Notes under the pieces: model-generated
The model's database searches: none
The model's input: the letters and a program-made list of their open reading frames with translations, nothing else
Told to the model about the DNA's origin: nothing
Position numbers and translations under genes: made by a program
In this document: piece by piece, positions 30,811-42,702 of the stretch
Position numbering within the stretch: position 1 is the stretch's first letter
How the letters are laid out: every line of letters begins with the position of its first letter
Origin: an uncultured Nitrospinota bacterium
GTDB taxonomy: Bacteria; Tectomicrobia; Entotheonellia; J063; CAVPRW01
NCBI GenBank assembly: GCA_963707985.1
Contig: CAVPRW010000017.1
Coordinates: forward strand, 256,001-320,000
DNA: 64,000 nt
Direction: 5' to 3'

Positions 30811-32079
30811 TCACTTGCCAAAGGTCCCCTTGAGTGCGACCAGTCTTGGTTGCTTCAGATATTCTTCGGGGGGCATCCCCAGGAACTGATCTACCGCTGG
30901 AATAGTCTCGACGACCACTGGGATTATCTGGTCCCCCACCTGGTCGATCCGGGTGATAGTCACATCCGTAATCACATTTTGATAGTGGTCAAACCGAACC
31001 TGCCCTCGGGGTGCCTGCAAATCCATTTGACGGAGAGCCGACAAAAACCCGGCCTTGTCCTCAATAGTCCCGCCAGTGGTTTCAAGCGCCTGGCCGATGG
31101 CGGCGAGTGCCAGATAGGTGGATTCCGCAGGCCCTCCAGGATCTCGTCCATACCTGGCGCGAAACGCCTGCACGAATTGCCGATTTCTGGTACTGTCAAT
31201 GACGTGGACGTAGGCTTGCGACGCATACATGCCCAGCGCCGCTGGGCCGGCGGCCGGTAACAGGCCCACATCGGTGATGCCGAACGCCGTATCGACGACT
31301 TGAATTTTTCCCTTCAGGCCAAATTCCTCATATTGCTTGATAAATCGGATGCCATCGGCGCCCGGCACCAGCGTGGCGATGATGTCCACATCGCGCCGGA
31401 TCCTGCCGATTAAGGGACCAAAGTCCGTGGTGCCGAGCGGTGCGAACAGCTCTTGCCGTACTTTCCCACCAGCGCTTTCAAAGGCTCGTGCGAAGCCCAT
31501 CACCAGCTCGATGGTACCCACGGTGTCGCTCGCAATGACCGTGGCGGTACGGGCCTGCAACCGGTCGTAGGCAAATTTCGCCAAGGGGCTAGGCAGCTGA
31601 CTGGCGGCAAAGGTCGTGCGGAACATATACGGGCTAGGCTGCTCCATCATAAGGACTTCGGCGGCCGCAGCCCCCGAGATGATACAAGGCACCTGCTGTG
31701 CCTGGACATAGTCCTTCATGGCAAGCGCCGCAGCACTGACGATGACTCCAACCACGCCGTGCACACGGTCGCGCTCCACGAGTTTTTTCACTTTGGTCAA
31801 TGCCGTCGCAGGCTTCGCCTCATAATCCTCCACGATCAGTTCGACCTTCCGCCCGCCCATCTCCCCGTTGACCTCATACACGTAAAGCTGCGCGCCAGCC
31901 ACGACATCTTTAGCCAGCGTCGCTAGAGGCCCAGTGAGGGGAGCCAACACTCCAATCTTGATGGGAGGCTTGAGATCAGGAGCGGGTGCTGCTATTCCTC
32001 TGCTGATCCATAAAGCCATGGCACCGCAGCAAGCGAGAAGGGAAATGGTCAAGGCCAGAGAGGACCGACGCATCTGCAT
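30811..32079 (-). CDS. ABC substrate-binding protein, LivK/type I periplasmic family
   Basis: IKIGVLAPLTGP, GRKVELIVED, APLGTTDF; signal peptide. Confidence 0.85.
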   Translation of the reverse strand: MQMRRSSLALTISLLACCGAMALWISRGIAAPAPDLKPPIKIGVLAPLTGPLATLAKDVVAGAQLYVYEVNGEMGGRKVELIVEDYEAKPATALTKVKKLVERDRVHGVVGVIVSAAALAMKDYVQAQQVPCIISGAAAAEVLMMEQPSPYMFRTTFAASQLPSPLAKFAYDRLQARTATVIASDTVGTIELVMGFARAFESAGGKVRQELFAPLGTTDFGPLIGRIRRDVDIIATLVPGADGIRFIKQYEEFGLKGKIQVVDTAFGITDVGLLPAAGPAALGMYASQAYVHVIDSTRNRQFVQAFRARYGRDPGGPAESTYLALAAIGQALETTGGTIEDKAGFLSALRQMDLQAPRGQVRFDHYQNVITDVTITRIDQVGDQIIPVVVETIPAVDQFLGMPPEEYLKQPRLVALKGTFGK

Positions 32080-32432
32080 GGTTCCCCCTTTCTCGAAGGA
32101 ACTGTCCGCATGTCCCTGTAACATTGCCAAGCGCGAGCTCATGATGCGTATGAGGACATTAGACGCGGATCAGGAGCTCTGGCCTCGCGGTAAAGCGCTT
32201 ACGAGCTTGAAGGCAGGATGTTCCGAAATGCCTTGAGGACTGTAAAGGATGCGTGCTAGTCATCATGAGCCCCCTGGTCAGCCGGCCGTAGGCTTGAGCA
32301 ATTGTTCGCTCCGGAAGATGGGCGTATTGTAGAGGGGGTTGAATGGCGTGTCAACCGCCGCGCGCCGCAGCGGAGGAGACCCTCCGTCATCTCCTCGGCG
32401 CTGAGGCGCCCGGTGCGGTGCACGGTCAATCT

Positions 32433-34099
32433 CTACCGGTCCAGCCACAGCGCGGCAGCGCGATTGCCGTAGTCGAAGCTGTGGTTGGGGGCAAAGTTCT
32501 TCACGTACGGCTGCCAGGAGGTCGTGATCGTGTTGGAGTTCAGGTACACATAGTACTGCTGCTCCGCGACATAGCGCTGAATGTCGAAGATGAGCTGCTT
32601 GCGCGCCTCCAGGTCCTTCGTGCGCCGCTGCTCCTTGAGCATGGCCGTGAGCGTAGCGTCATTGACGTGGCCCTGATTCCGGGATGAATCGGACGCATAG
32701 GCGCGATACAGCCGCCCATCCGGTTCCCAGGCGACGCCGCTGGGACTATCTACCAGTCCCTCGAACTTGCCCTGCATCGTCGTGGCCGTATACGCGCCGT
32801 TCTCCTGGATCTTGAGCTCGGCCTCGATGCCGACGTCTTTGAGGTAGCGCTGCACCAACACCGCCTCATCGATGCGGTCGCGTCCGAGGCCATTGGTCAC
32901 CGTCAGCTGCGTCTTAAACCCCTTGGGATACCCGGCTTCCGCCAGTAGGCGCTTGGCCTCCTTTGGATCATACTCATAGTACTTCGCCCCTGCGCCGAGC
33001 TGCTCGATGGGCAACGTCCACTCCACCAGGCCACGGGAGACCGCCGGGGTCGGTGCAGCCCGGACCCAGACCGCCTCGTTGATCGCCCCGCGATCGATGG
33101 CGTGTGAGATGGCGCGCCGCACCCGCACATCGTTGAAGGGCGGCATATCGGTGCGCATGGTGACCACGCTCGATGTCTGGGACAGGAAATCCTGGTAGCG
33201 CAGGTGGGGGTGACTCTTCTTGAACGCCTCCAGGTCCTGTTGGCGCACGGCCCAATTGATCCCCGGGCCACAGTCGAGCTGCCCGGTGCGGTACATGGCC
33301 AGACCGGTCGATTCGTCGTTGATGACCAACCACTCGACCCCATCCACATAGGGCTGGCCCGTCGCGGTAGTAGTCCGGGTTGCGTTTGAACACCGTCTTG
33401 ACGTTCGGCTCATAGCGCTCCAGGATGAAGGGACCGGTGCCGATGGCCGTCTCCGACTCTCTTCAGGTCGCCGTATTGCTGAATCACTTCTGGGGCGATG
33501 ATCCACATGCTCGTTGGGTAGGCCAGCACACTGATGAACCAGACATATGGCTCTTTGAGGAGGAACTTCACCGTGTAGCGGTCTACCACCTCGATGCGGT
33601 CCACGGAGTCCAGCAGATAGCGGTTCACACTCCCTTTTTCCGTCAGGACGCGATCATAAGAGAATTTGACATCCTCGGCCACCAGCTCGCGGCCGTTGAC
33701 AGGCGGCTTGTTGTGCCATTTCACCCCTTGACGCAAATGGAAGACATAGGTGGTGTCGTCCAGCTCTTCCCAGCGTTCAGCCAGATCGGGCTCGATGATG
33801 AAGGTGCCCGGCGCAATGTCCGCACCGACTTTATGCCGCACCAGTTTACTGTAGACGAAGCCTGCGGCGCTCTGCGTAAAGCCAGCGGCGTTGAGATGGT
33901 GATCGAAGTTCGGGGGATCAAACCCACGCACGCGCAGGATGCCGCCGCGCTTGGGTTGCCCGGTTTCGCCGCCCCAGAGCAAGGATGGCCGAGCCAGCGG
34001 CCGCATGGCAAACGTTGCGCCAGCGACGAGGCCAGCGTTGAGCAGCTCACGGCGAGTCAGACGCAGAGCAGTTGGTTTGGCTGTAGACGGTGTCCTCAT
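32433..34099 (-). CDS. Tat-exported family 5 substrate-binding protein (two frameshifts, ~33460 and ~33360)
   Basis: LTRRELL Tat motif, PKRGGIL, PDLAERW; FKRNPDYY and DVRVRRAISHAIDR lie in successive frames. Confidence 0.8.
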
Positions 34100-34613
34100 G
34101 GTTATCCCTCCCTTCGGCAAGCTTGTGGTGTACGTGTGGCTCTGGTATCGTCATTCCTCCTGGCCGGATGCGGCTTCACATGCGCCTGAACCGCAGTGTC
34201 GGGGTTGGGCACAAGGCCAGCCCCAGGAACCGCCTTACCAAGAGCACGAAACAATGATGAAACCGCGAGATGTCCCTCCCCACTGGGAGGGGTTAGACGA
34301 GGGTGAGGAGTTGCGGCCGTACCAGGAACCAGGACGGCGCCGAAAGGCGCAGGAGGGTGAGATGTCGTAAGGAGAGATTTCCACGCGTGCGCTTCATGGG
34401 TCTATCCCCTTGGTCGATCTGGCATGAGAAAAGGGAGGCATGAGCAGCACAATACTGACAAAAACATCCTATCTTAGCGGGGTCAGTCTGTGGTGTCAAC
34501 GGCAATTCTGTGTACCGTGCAAGTAGTTGGGAGACCACCTCGTGATGACCATCAAGAGCTAGCAAACTCGCCTTGGTGGACACCTCTCGGCGCGGTGGAT
34601 GCTGTCGAGGGGC

Positions 34614-35756
34614 CTAGCGATTGAGCAGCTGCCGTGCGATGATCAAGCGCTGGATCTCCGAGGTGCCCTCGCCGATTTCGCAGATTTTGGCATCGCGCAG
34701 ATAGCGCTCCACAGGGTAATCCTTCATGTATCCATAGCCGCCGTGAATCTGCAGGGCTTGATTACAGGCTCGTGTCGCCGCCTCCGAGGCGTATACCTTG
34801 GCCATGGCCGATTCTTTGGTCACACGTAGCCCCTGGTCCTTCATCCAGGCAGCTCGTAGGATCAATAACCGCGCCGCATCCAGCTCAGTAGCCATGTCCG
34901 CAAGCTTCGATTGGATGGCTTGGAAGTGGGCAATGGGCTGTCCAAATTGCTCTCGCTGTTGTGCATACTTCAAAGCTTCCTCATACGCGCCACGACCGAT
35001 ACCCAGAGCCATGGCGGCGATGCTGATACGGCCTCCATCGAGGATGGTTAACGTGTCGATAAATCCCTCATTGATTCGGCCGAGGAGGTTTTCCTTGGGG
35101 ACGCGGACGTGGTCAAGGGCGAGTTGCGCGGTGTCGCTAGCGCGTACGCCCAACTTGTTCTTCATGGGAATGGCCGACAGTCCGGGGCTGCCACGTTCGA
35201 GAATAAATGCCGAGATGCCATGTTGCTTTTGGGATTTTTCCGTGGCTGCCATGATCACGTAAATATCTGCCACGCTTCCCTGGGTAATGAAGATTTTTGA
35301 GCCATTCAGCACCCACTCATCGCCGTCCATGACGGCTGTTGTTTGCGTGCCGCTGGCATCGCTCCCGGCATTGGGCTCGGTCAACCCCCAGGCACCCAGT
35401 TTCTCGCCTCGGGCCAATGGTGCGAGATAACGGCGTCGCTGTGCCTCACTGCCCACACTATAGATATGGTTGGCGCACAACGAGGTGTGTGAAGCGACGA
35501 TGATTCCGATCGAGCCGTCGATCCGCGACAGCTCTTCGAGCACCAACGCATAGCTCAGATAGTCCAGTCCTGCGCCACCATCGGCCTCTGGAAAGATGAT
35601 GCCTAGCAGATTCAGGTCTGCCAGCTTTCGCACGGCCTCCCAAGGGAAAGTGCAGGTCTCATCCCACTCCGCAGCATAGGGTGCAATCTCCTTGGCAGCA
35701 AAATCGCGCGCGAGTTGTTGCGTCATGCGTTGTGCTTCGGTCAACCGAAAGTCCAT
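34614..35756 (-). CDS. Acyl-CoA dehydrogenase
   Basis: [38 protein letters not shown]. Confidence 0.9.
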   Translation of the reverse strand: MDFRLTEAQRMTQQLARDFAAKEIAPYAAEWDETCTFPWEAVRKLADLNLLGIIFPEADGGAGLDYLSYALVLEELSRIDGSIGIIVASHTSLCANHIYSVGSEAQRRRYLAPLARGEKLGAWGLTEPNAGSDASGTQTTAVMDGDEWVLNGSKIFITQGSVADIYVIMAATEKSQKQHGISAFILERGSPGLSAIPMKNKLGVRASDTAQLALDHVRVPKENLLGRINEGFIDTLTILDGGRISIAAMALGIGRGAYEEALKYAQQREQFGQPIAHFQAIQSKLADMATELDAARLLILRAAWMKDQGLRVTKESAMAKVYASEAATRACNQALQIHGGYGYMKDYPVERYLRDAKICEIGEGTSEIQRLIIARQLLNR

Positions 35757-35993
35757 ATCGCGTGCTCCCCTCCCTGGTCCCCGCTGTCCCTTAGAAGAGC
35801 AGGCCCCGCAGTGCCGTGATCCGGGGAAAAGGGGTTGGCGGAGCCACGGCTCAGGACGCTCACGATGCTCATCCACCCCCGTCTGGTGTGCACCCTCGTT
35901 ACATGGACTACTGAGCAAAGCCTAGCATAGCCGTGGACAAGTTGCCATGCGAAGGGGTCGGGCATCATCCGGCAGTTAACTCGGGGTAAACCA

Positions 35994-36022
35994 TTGACAC
36001 CCTTGTCGAGCACTCCTAGAAT
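35994..36022 (+). promoter_or_regulatory. Sigma70-like promoter of dgt-tetR
   Basis: TTGACA-17 nt-TAGAAT. Confidence 0.65.
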
Positions 36023-36156
36023 GTCGCTGTCAGAGGCATGTGCAGGCGGACAGTGTCTACTGTCTACGGTTGATCTTATCGCCTGTAGGGAAGATGGTCG
36101 AACCCCTGTCGAGCGACCGGCGCAGGTGTGGTGTTCGTTTGGTGAGGATCGGGCCT

Positions 36157-37309
36157 ATGCTCGGGCGTGAGGATCTAGAGCGGCGTGAAGAGGAGATGCT
36201 TGCCCCCTACGCATTCAGGAGTGTGCACTCCCATGGACGAGCCTATCGTGAGGAGGAGCATCCCTTTCGCCTGGCATTTCAGCGCGATCGTGATCGTATC
36301 GTGCATTCTACGGCCTTTCGACGCCTGGAGTACAAGACGCAGGTGTTTGTGAATCATGAGGGGGACCACTTCCGTACGCGTCTGACCCATACCTTGGAGG
36401 TCGCGCAGATTGCCCGCACGATCGCTCGGAGCCTGCGCTTGAATGAGGATCTCACCGAGGCCATTGCCCTGGCTCACGACCTGGGTCATCCGCCGTTTGG
36501 CCATGCCGGCGAGCGCGCGATGAACGAGATGATGCAGCCGTTCGGCGGATTCGAACATAACGTCCAGAGCTTGCGTATCGTCGAGGTGTTAGAAGAGCGC
36601 TATCCCGAGTTCCCCGGGTTGAATCTGACCTGGGAGACGCGTACGGGCTTGAAGAAGCATCAGCCCCGGTTCTTGCCTCCCGATGCCAATGGTCTGACAG
36701 TGGCGGTTGGACCCAGCCTGGAAGCCCAAATCACCGACTACGCCGATGAGATCGCCTACAATAACCATGATATCGACGATGGTTTAACCTCGCAAATGAT
36801 TGAGCTTGACAGCCTGTGCCAGGTGCCCCTGTGGGAAGAACACTTTCGCGAGGTACAACACCGCTTCCCCCAAGCTCCACGCAAAATCCTCTGGCGCCAG
36901 AGCGTACGGTCGATCATTAACAGCCTGGTGGTGTGATCTGTGCGAGGAGACGCTCAGACGCCTGGCGGCCATGGGGATCAACCAGGTCGCCGATGTCCTA
37001 TCGGCCCCGCAGCCAGTGGTAGGATTTGGCCAAGTTATGGAGCGCAAGAATGCAGAGCTCAAGCAGTTTCTGCTGGAATATCTCTATCGCCACTATCGGG
37101 TGATCCGCATGGCCGAGAAAGCGCGACGCATCATCCACGATCTCTTCAAGGTGTATGCTGACTCTCCCAGACAGCTGCCGCCAAGCTTCTCTACTCGCAT
37201 AGCGATAGAAGGAATGCCTCGCGTGGTCTGCGACTACATCGCTGGGATGACTGATCGGTTCGCCCTCGAAGAACATCGCAAGCTCTTTGATCCTCATGCC
37301 CGCGTCTGA
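36157..37309 (+). CDS. dgt: dGTP triphosphohydrolase (HD domain), frameshift ~36933
   Basis: [47 protein letters not shown]-terminus [11 protein letters not shown] in ORF 36800-37309. Confidence 0.9.
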
Positions 37310-37380
37310 TCCGCCACCGTCAGGGCTATAGACGTCATCATTAGAGCAACAGGTAGTATCCAGAAGCATGGGAATCGCGC

Positions 37381-38019
37381 ATGCAACGCGAAGAACGTCG
37401 TGAACAGGTCTTGCGCTCAGCCATGGAGGTATTCGCCCATAAGGGCTATCACGCCACGAGTGTGGGGGATATCATCAAGAGGGCACAAATCGCCCGGGGC
37501 ACGTTTTATCTCTATTTCGAAACCAAGCGTCAAATTTTCGAGGCAATTCTCGAGATGGCTTTGCAGGGGTTGGTCAGTCGCCTGCAGCGCATCGAGCTCT
37601 CGCCGCAGAGCCCTCCACCTCTTGAGCAGCTGCGTGCCAATGTCGGCCGCGTCATCGCCTTCCTGCTATCAGAGCGGGAGCTGACGCAGATTTTATTACG
37701 CCACGCCGACGGGTTGGATGCTGACTTCGACAGACGATTATCTGAGTTCTATGACACCATCATGAACCTCATAGAAGGGGTTCTCCGCGCCGGACAACTG
37801 ATGGCGCTCGTGCGGCCCTGTGATCGGCGTATCGTGGCGGCCTGTATTCTGGGCAGTATCAAGGAGGTCATGGCGAGGCTCACCTCAGACGCAAGTCAGG
37901 CGCCGCCGCTCCAGGTGGTGGTTGATGAAGTCGTCAATTTCGGCCTGCAGGGGATCTTCTGCGACCCGGAACCAGGGTTGCAGAGCCCTGAAGAGCCTAG
38001 CAAACAGGCGGAGCAGTGA
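37381..38019 (+). CDS. TetR/AcrR family regulator
   Basis: FAHKGYHATSVGDIIKRAQIARGTFYLYF. Confidence 0.9.
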   Translation: MQREERREQVLRSAMEVFAHKGYHATSVGDIIKRAQIARGTFYLYFETKRQIFEAILEMALQGLVSRLQRIELSPQSPPPLEQLRANVGRVIAFLLSERELTQILLRHADGLDADFDRRLSEFYDTIMNLIEGVLRAGQLMALVRPCDRRIVAACILGSIKEVMARLTSDASQAPPLQVVVDEVVNFGLQGIFCDPEPGLQSPEEPSKQAEQ

Positions 38020-38289
38020 GCCTGGGTTGGACTGGTCGTCGGTGCTGATATGATCACATTACGAGGCGGTATGCGGGTGATATCCCTTGACTTCCGCGGT
38101 TCGGATGCAGTATAAGTGGTCCGCAGCCGTACGGCAAGTAAGCTATGCTGCGGTAGATCATTAAGCAGTATGCCAGGAGTTGGTAGCGCGCGTGTGCTGC
38201 TAGTCCTCCGAGGATGGATCAGCATCAGAGTGCGTTCTGGTAGGGAAAGGACATAGAGTTCCTGGTGACTTGAGCGAGGGAGGTGACCA

Positions 38290-38655
38290 ATGAGGAGGAT
38301 CAGTACAGTACTTATCTTGCTTCTGTGTAGTATATTTTCATTGGCGCTGGTTGCCTCAATCATGGCGGGTGCCGCATCTTCAGCAAAGATGCAGCCGTAT
38401 GAAGGACAGATTAAGGCCATTAAAGTCGACAAATGTGGTCTACAGCCTGGATCCTGTGAAGGCTCGGTCATCCTGGCAAGGGCAGCCGGTGCTGGAGAAA
38501 TCACTCTAGCCATCAAACCGGGGACCTGGCTGAAACGTGGCGATCAGCTCGTGACCATCGACGAACTCGGCGTGGGCAATTACGTGAAGGTTGAGGCTGT
38601 GCAACTTCCTGGTCAGCAGCTGCAACAGATTACCATTCTGAGCAGTGATGGGTAA
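38290..38655 (+). CDS. Small secreted beta-rich protein, paralog A
   Basis: RBS GGAGG, signal peptide, KVDKCGLQPGSCEGSVIL; duplicated downstream. Confidence 0.75.
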   Translation: MRRISTVLILLLCSIFSLALVASIMAGAASSAKMQPYEGQIKAIKVDKCGLQPGSCEGSVILARAAGAGEITLAIKPGTWLKRGDQLVTIDELGVGNYVKVEAVQLPGQQLQQITILSSDG

Positions 38656-38860
38656 GGCCTCGAAGTCTCGCATCCCATGCCGTCTTGCCCGACCTTTGCA
38701 AATAGCATTATGACCATTCTTTGACGGTACGGTATACATCCCTGCTCCACAGATGCAGCGCTCGATGCGTGGAAGTATTCCTCCGCAGGCTAAGGCGCCA
38801 CCAGGGTGGCCTTCGGGGGAAAACAGAATCGACGGGAACTTGAGCGAGGGGGGTGGTCAA

Positions 38861-39232
38861 ATGAAGCGGGTAAGAATAGGTGGTATGTGCTTTCTGTGTA
38901 TGGTGTTATCGTGGGCTCTTGTATCGTTGGTGATGGCAGGCGCAGCTTCGAAAGCCACGGTGCAGCCATACGAAGGGCAGATCAAGTCGATCAAAGTCGA
39001 CAAGTGCGGGCTGCAACCCGGCTCCTGCGAGGGCTCTGTCATCCTGGCAAAGGTAGGCGGTGGTGGAGAGGTTACTCTAGCCATCAAACCAGGGACGTGG
39101 TTGAAACGTGGTACTCAGCTCGTGACCATCGATGAGCTCGGCGTAGGCAACCACGTGAAGGTCGAAGCCGTGCAGCTGCCTGGTGAACCGCTGCAGCGCA
39201 TCACGATCCTGAGTTCCGAGCAAGGAGACTGA
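38861..39232 (+). CDS. Small secreted beta-rich protein, paralog B
   Basis: Mature region nearly identical in protein to 38290-38655. Confidence 0.75.
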   Translation: MKRVRIGGMCFLCMVLSWALVSLVMAGAASKATVQPYEGQIKSIKVDKCGLQPGSCEGSVILAKVGGGGEVTLAIKPGTWLKRGTQLVTIDELGVGNHVKVEAVQLPGEPLQRITILSSEQGD

Positions 39233-39311
39233 GCCAAAGCCTCGGGCTCATGCCAACCCACCCGAAACTCTGGGTGTGATGAAGCGTGTGTGCTGAGGCA
39301 ATGTCTGACTC

Positions 39312-39351
39312 CCGGGCTTCATGTCTGGGGCTGACCAGACATGGAGCCCGG
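39312..39351. terminator. Long hairpin
   Basis: CCGGGCTTCATGTCTGG/CCAGACATGGAGCCCGG, 17-bp stem with one G-U pair. Confidence 0.5.
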
Positions 39352-39692
39352 ATCATACTGGGTCCGACACCACGATCATGGTCTAGCCGCATTGAGACCA
39401 CCCGTTGAGAGATCTCCGTGCCTTGCCGACGCTCACGCAGCGTGCGCTGGGCTGGCGATCATCATAGCCCGTACCTGGGCTCAAGAATTCACTCTCCTGA
39501 AGACCTCCGCAAGCATAGCACGCCCATGTGTGTTCTGTGCGTATGGATGGTATGATACTGTTTGGCTCGTGTGTCAGTTCTGACACCTGATCGCAGCGTG
39601 ATCTCACGAACAATAGAAGGACATGGCCCATGTCCTGATAGATCCGCCATGCGAACGCTTAACGTCGATTTGACCGGCCCAGCTTTGGGGGG

Positions 39693-40343
39693 ATGAACGC
39701 CATGTTTATCGTGGAAAAGTGGATGACCAAAGACGTCATCACGGTGCTGCCCCACGACAAAATCATCGATGCCTTTGAGCTCATGCAAGGACAGGGGATC
39801 CGTCATCTCCCGGTGGTCGAGAATGGTGAGCTGAAAGGACTGGTTACTGACCGCGATATCCGCCTGGCCTTAATTCCGTCGCCGTTGTCGACGCCGGAGG
39901 ATCGGATGTATCATTTGGGCGCCCTGGAGCAGGTCGAGGAAATCATGAGCTCAGACCTCATCACCGTGGCACCAACGGCGACCATTGAAGAGGCTGCCAA
40001 GCTCATGGCACAGCATAAGATCGGCGCGGTGCCCGTGGTCGCGCATGGCAAACTGGTTGGAATCCTGACCGAAACGGACATCCTTTGCGTCTTCATCGAG
40101 ATGCTGGAAACAATCCAATCGAGCTCACGTCTCGATGTGGTGCTCGCGAATCGGCCGAACGCTTTGGATGAAGTGCATCGTCTACTCGAAGCAGGCCATG
40201 CGAAAGTGATTAGCGTGAGCATGTCTCCAGAGAAAACTGCCGGCTCCAAGGTGTATTCTTTCCGTATTCAGCGGACACCGCTCGAACCCCTCGTGCTCAT
40301 GCTGGAGAATGCCGGTTATCACGTCGTCCAGGCCCTCGAATAG
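39693..40343 (+). CDS. CBS-pair + ACT domain protein (AcuB-like)
   Basis: IRHLPVV..GLVTDRD, IGAVPVV..GILTETD, C-terminal LANRPNAL ACT-like domain; alternative start 39702. Confidence 0.85.
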   Translation: MNAMFIVEKWMTKDVITVLPHDKIIDAFELMQGQGIRHLPVVENGELKGLVTDRDIRLALIPSPLSTPEDRMYHLGALEQVEEIMSSDLITVAPTATIEEAAKLMAQHKIGAVPVVAHGKLVGILTETDILCVFIEMLETIQSSSRLDVVLANRPNALDEVHRLLEAGHAKVISVSMSPEKTAGSKVYSFRIQRTPLEPLVLMLENAGYHVVQALE

Positions 40344-40350
40344 ACTGAGC

Positions 40351-41484
40351 ATGCCTTCAACTGTGCGCCCGTCCTCCACACACTCCTCTCCGGTGGGATG
40401 GTACCAGCGGCTGCTGCAGCCGTTGATGTTTCGCCTCGATCCTGAACGCGCTCATCACCTGGCGCTATGGTTCTTGCAGCGGTTGGCGCAAATGCCGTCT
40501 CTGCTGAAGCTGTGGCAACATTGGCAGCCGCTTGCGCCCACTGCCTTGCAGATGCAGGTGGCCGGCCTGCACTTCCCAAACCCGGTTGGGCTTGCCGCCG
40601 GTTTCGATAAGAGCGCGACTGCCGTCGCCGCCTTTCAGACTTTGGGCTTTGGCTTTGTCGAAGTCGGGACCGTGACGCCACGGCCGCAGGTCGGTAATCC
40701 AGCACCTCGCTTGTTCCGTCTGCCGCCCGATGAAGCAGTGATTAACCGCATGGGATTCAACAACGATGGGGCAGCAGCAATAGCTCGGCGCCTCAAGCTC
40801 TCGCCTGGCCGAACGCCCATTGGCGTCAACCTGGGCAAGAATGCCGACACGCCCCTTGAGCAGGCGCTCGACGATTACTGCTCCTGTCTCCAGGACCTCT
40901 TCGATGTGGGGAGTTATGTCGTCGTCAATGTCAGCTCGCCCAATACAGCAGGCCTGCGCACATTGCAAATCTCTGACAACCTTCGTCGATTACTTAGGGG
41001 CGTACAGGACTGTAATCAAGCCCTGGCACGCCTGCGACAGGTCCAACCTCGTCCGCTGTTCGTAAAAATCGCTCCTGATTTGCGGGAACATGAACTAGAC
41101 GACATTGTCGAGGTCGTTCAAGCGTGTGCCCTGGACGGAATCGTTGCGACAAACACGACCACCAGTCGGGAAGGCCTGACCACCGTGATTGCCGAGCCAG
41201 GCGGTCTGAGTGGTCGGCCGCTACGCCAACGGTCGACAGACGTCATTCGGTATGTGTATCGTCGGGCAGAAGGCCGTATTCCGCTCATCGGCGTCGGTGG
41301 CATTTTTTCGGCAGAAGATGCCTATGAGAAAATCTGTGCTGGCGCCACACTGGTGCAACTCTATACTGGTCTCATCTACCGTGGACCTGGACTGCCGCAC
41401 CGTATCAATGTCGGACTCGTGCGCTTGCTCGAGCGTGATGGTTTGACACATCTGTCGCAGGCTGTCGGCCGCGCAGCGCTATGA
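40351..41484 (+). CDS. pyrD: Quinone-dependent dihydroorotate dehydrogenase
   Basis: NPVGLAAGFDK, NRMGFNN, NVSSPNT, VKIAPD, GGLSG. Confidence 0.95.
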   Translation: MPSTVRPSSTHSSPVGWYQRLLQPLMFRLDPERAHHLALWFLQRLAQMPSLLKLWQHWQPLAPTALQMQVAGLHFPNPVGLAAGFDKSATAVAAFQTLGFGFVEVGTVTPRPQVGNPAPRLFRLPPDEAVINRMGFNNDGAAAIARRLKLSPGRTPIGVNLGKNADTPLEQALDDYCSCLQDLFDVGSYVVVNVSSPNTAGLRTLQISDNLRRLLRGVQDCNQALARLRQVQPRPLFVKIAPDLREHELDDIVEVVQACALDGIVATNTTTSREGLTTVIAEPGGLSGRPLRQRSTDVIRYVYRRAEGRIPLIGVGGIFSAEDAYEKICAGATLVQLYTGLIYRGPGLPHRINVGLVRLLERDGLTHLSQAVGRAAL

Positions 41485-42414
41485 GAGCCCCAACAGGCGT
41501 GCGATGTTACCCCCCAGAATCGACTCGACGGCTTCACGCGGTGTGTTCAGTTCGTGCAAAATCTCTATCTGTTGTTGGAAAATATCCTGTCGCCAGCCCC
41601 GCGGAAAGATGTTGGAATCGGTGCCGAACAGGATCCGCTGTGGCCCGAAGACCTCTAGAGTCTTGTCGAACACGGTCTTCAGGTCGAGATGCGAGGGCAT
41701 ATAGGTGAGCCAGGTGTTCGAGCTCGAGGTATCGACATAGATGTTAGGAGCTTGGGCACCGAGCATGAGGACCTCACGGAAATACCCACAGCCGAAATGG
41801 GGAATGATAAAGTTGGCGCGGGGGAATTCGATTGCTGCCTGGTGCAGATCGATGGGATCGGCATAGCGCAAGTCGAAGACGTTCGGCAAACCAAGTTTGT
41901 CGCGGATGCTGACTTTCAGAACGCCAAAATGCATAAAGACTGGGATGGCCAGCTCGGTTGCTGCCTGATAGAGCGGGTATAGGCGCTCATCGTAGGCGTG
42001 GAAATGGTGCATGGCTGGAAATAATGTGACCCCTTTGAGACCCTGGCGCTGCACGCCCTGGCGCAGGACATCGACGGCATTGGGCTGCGTGGGGTCGAGC
42101 ATGATGTAGCCGGTGATGCGCTCGGGGAACGCCTGCGCTGCTGCGGCCACCGCGTCATGATCGCCGGGGACGCTGGTAAACATGATGAGCCGTTCGATGC
42201 CGTACTTATCCATTTCCTCTACCCAGTGTTGCCCCAGTTGCGCGGCATCATCCGGGGGGATTTCGACCCCTAGACGCTGAGCCACCGCTGTCAGTGGGGC
42301 CTCAGCCGGGAGGTTCTGCTGTGCCAGGCGAGCAAACGTCTGGAAAAAGCGGCGTGAGAAGAAATGCGTATGGGCGTCAATTACGCGTATGTTGCCCCAG
42401 GGTGTGCTGATCAT
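41479..42414 (-). CDS. Amidohydrolase_2 family protein
   Basis: IDAHTH, PVFMHFG, IIPHFG, ILFGTD. Confidence 0.85.
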   Translation of the reverse strand: MISTPWGNIRVIDAHTHFFSRRFFQTFARLAQQNLPAEAPLTAVAQRLGVEIPPDDAAQLGQHWVEEMDKYGIERLIMFTSVPGDHDAVAAAAQAFPERITGYIMLDPTQPNAVDVLRQGVQRQGLKGVTLFPAMHHFHAYDERLYPLYQAATELAIPVFMHFGVLKVSIRDKLGLPNVFDLRYADPIDLHQAAIEFPRANFIIPHFGCGYFREVLMLGAQAPNIYVDTSSSNTWLTYMPSHLDLKTVFDKTLEVFGPQRILFGTDSNIFPRGWRQDIFQQQIEILHELNTPREAVESILGGNIARLLGLS

Positions 42415-42702
42415 GCTAGGCCCCCTCCAAAAGCTCCGCTGCAAATGGCCATCGTTTCCATGCCTGCATTGTACCATGAGATGAGACGAGGATTGCATTT
42501 TGCCGAAAGACTTCGGTATGATGATGGGCACGCGGGTACCGTTTGCCCACCGCACATAGTCTTGCGAGCTCAGCATTCCAGTGGGCAAGGCGTGCCCAAC
42601 GGCTTGCCGCGAGGATAACCTCAAATACCCCCCTTAGGATTTCAGGTGTCATGTCGGTACCTGATCGAAGCAGTAACTACGGGAATGTCACGGTAGGGAT
42701 AG

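Noticed and set aside
36900..36940. Programmed frameshifting in dgt or the other broken genes
   Set aside because: No consistent slippery sequence or stimulatory structure; the pattern is shared by unrelated genes.
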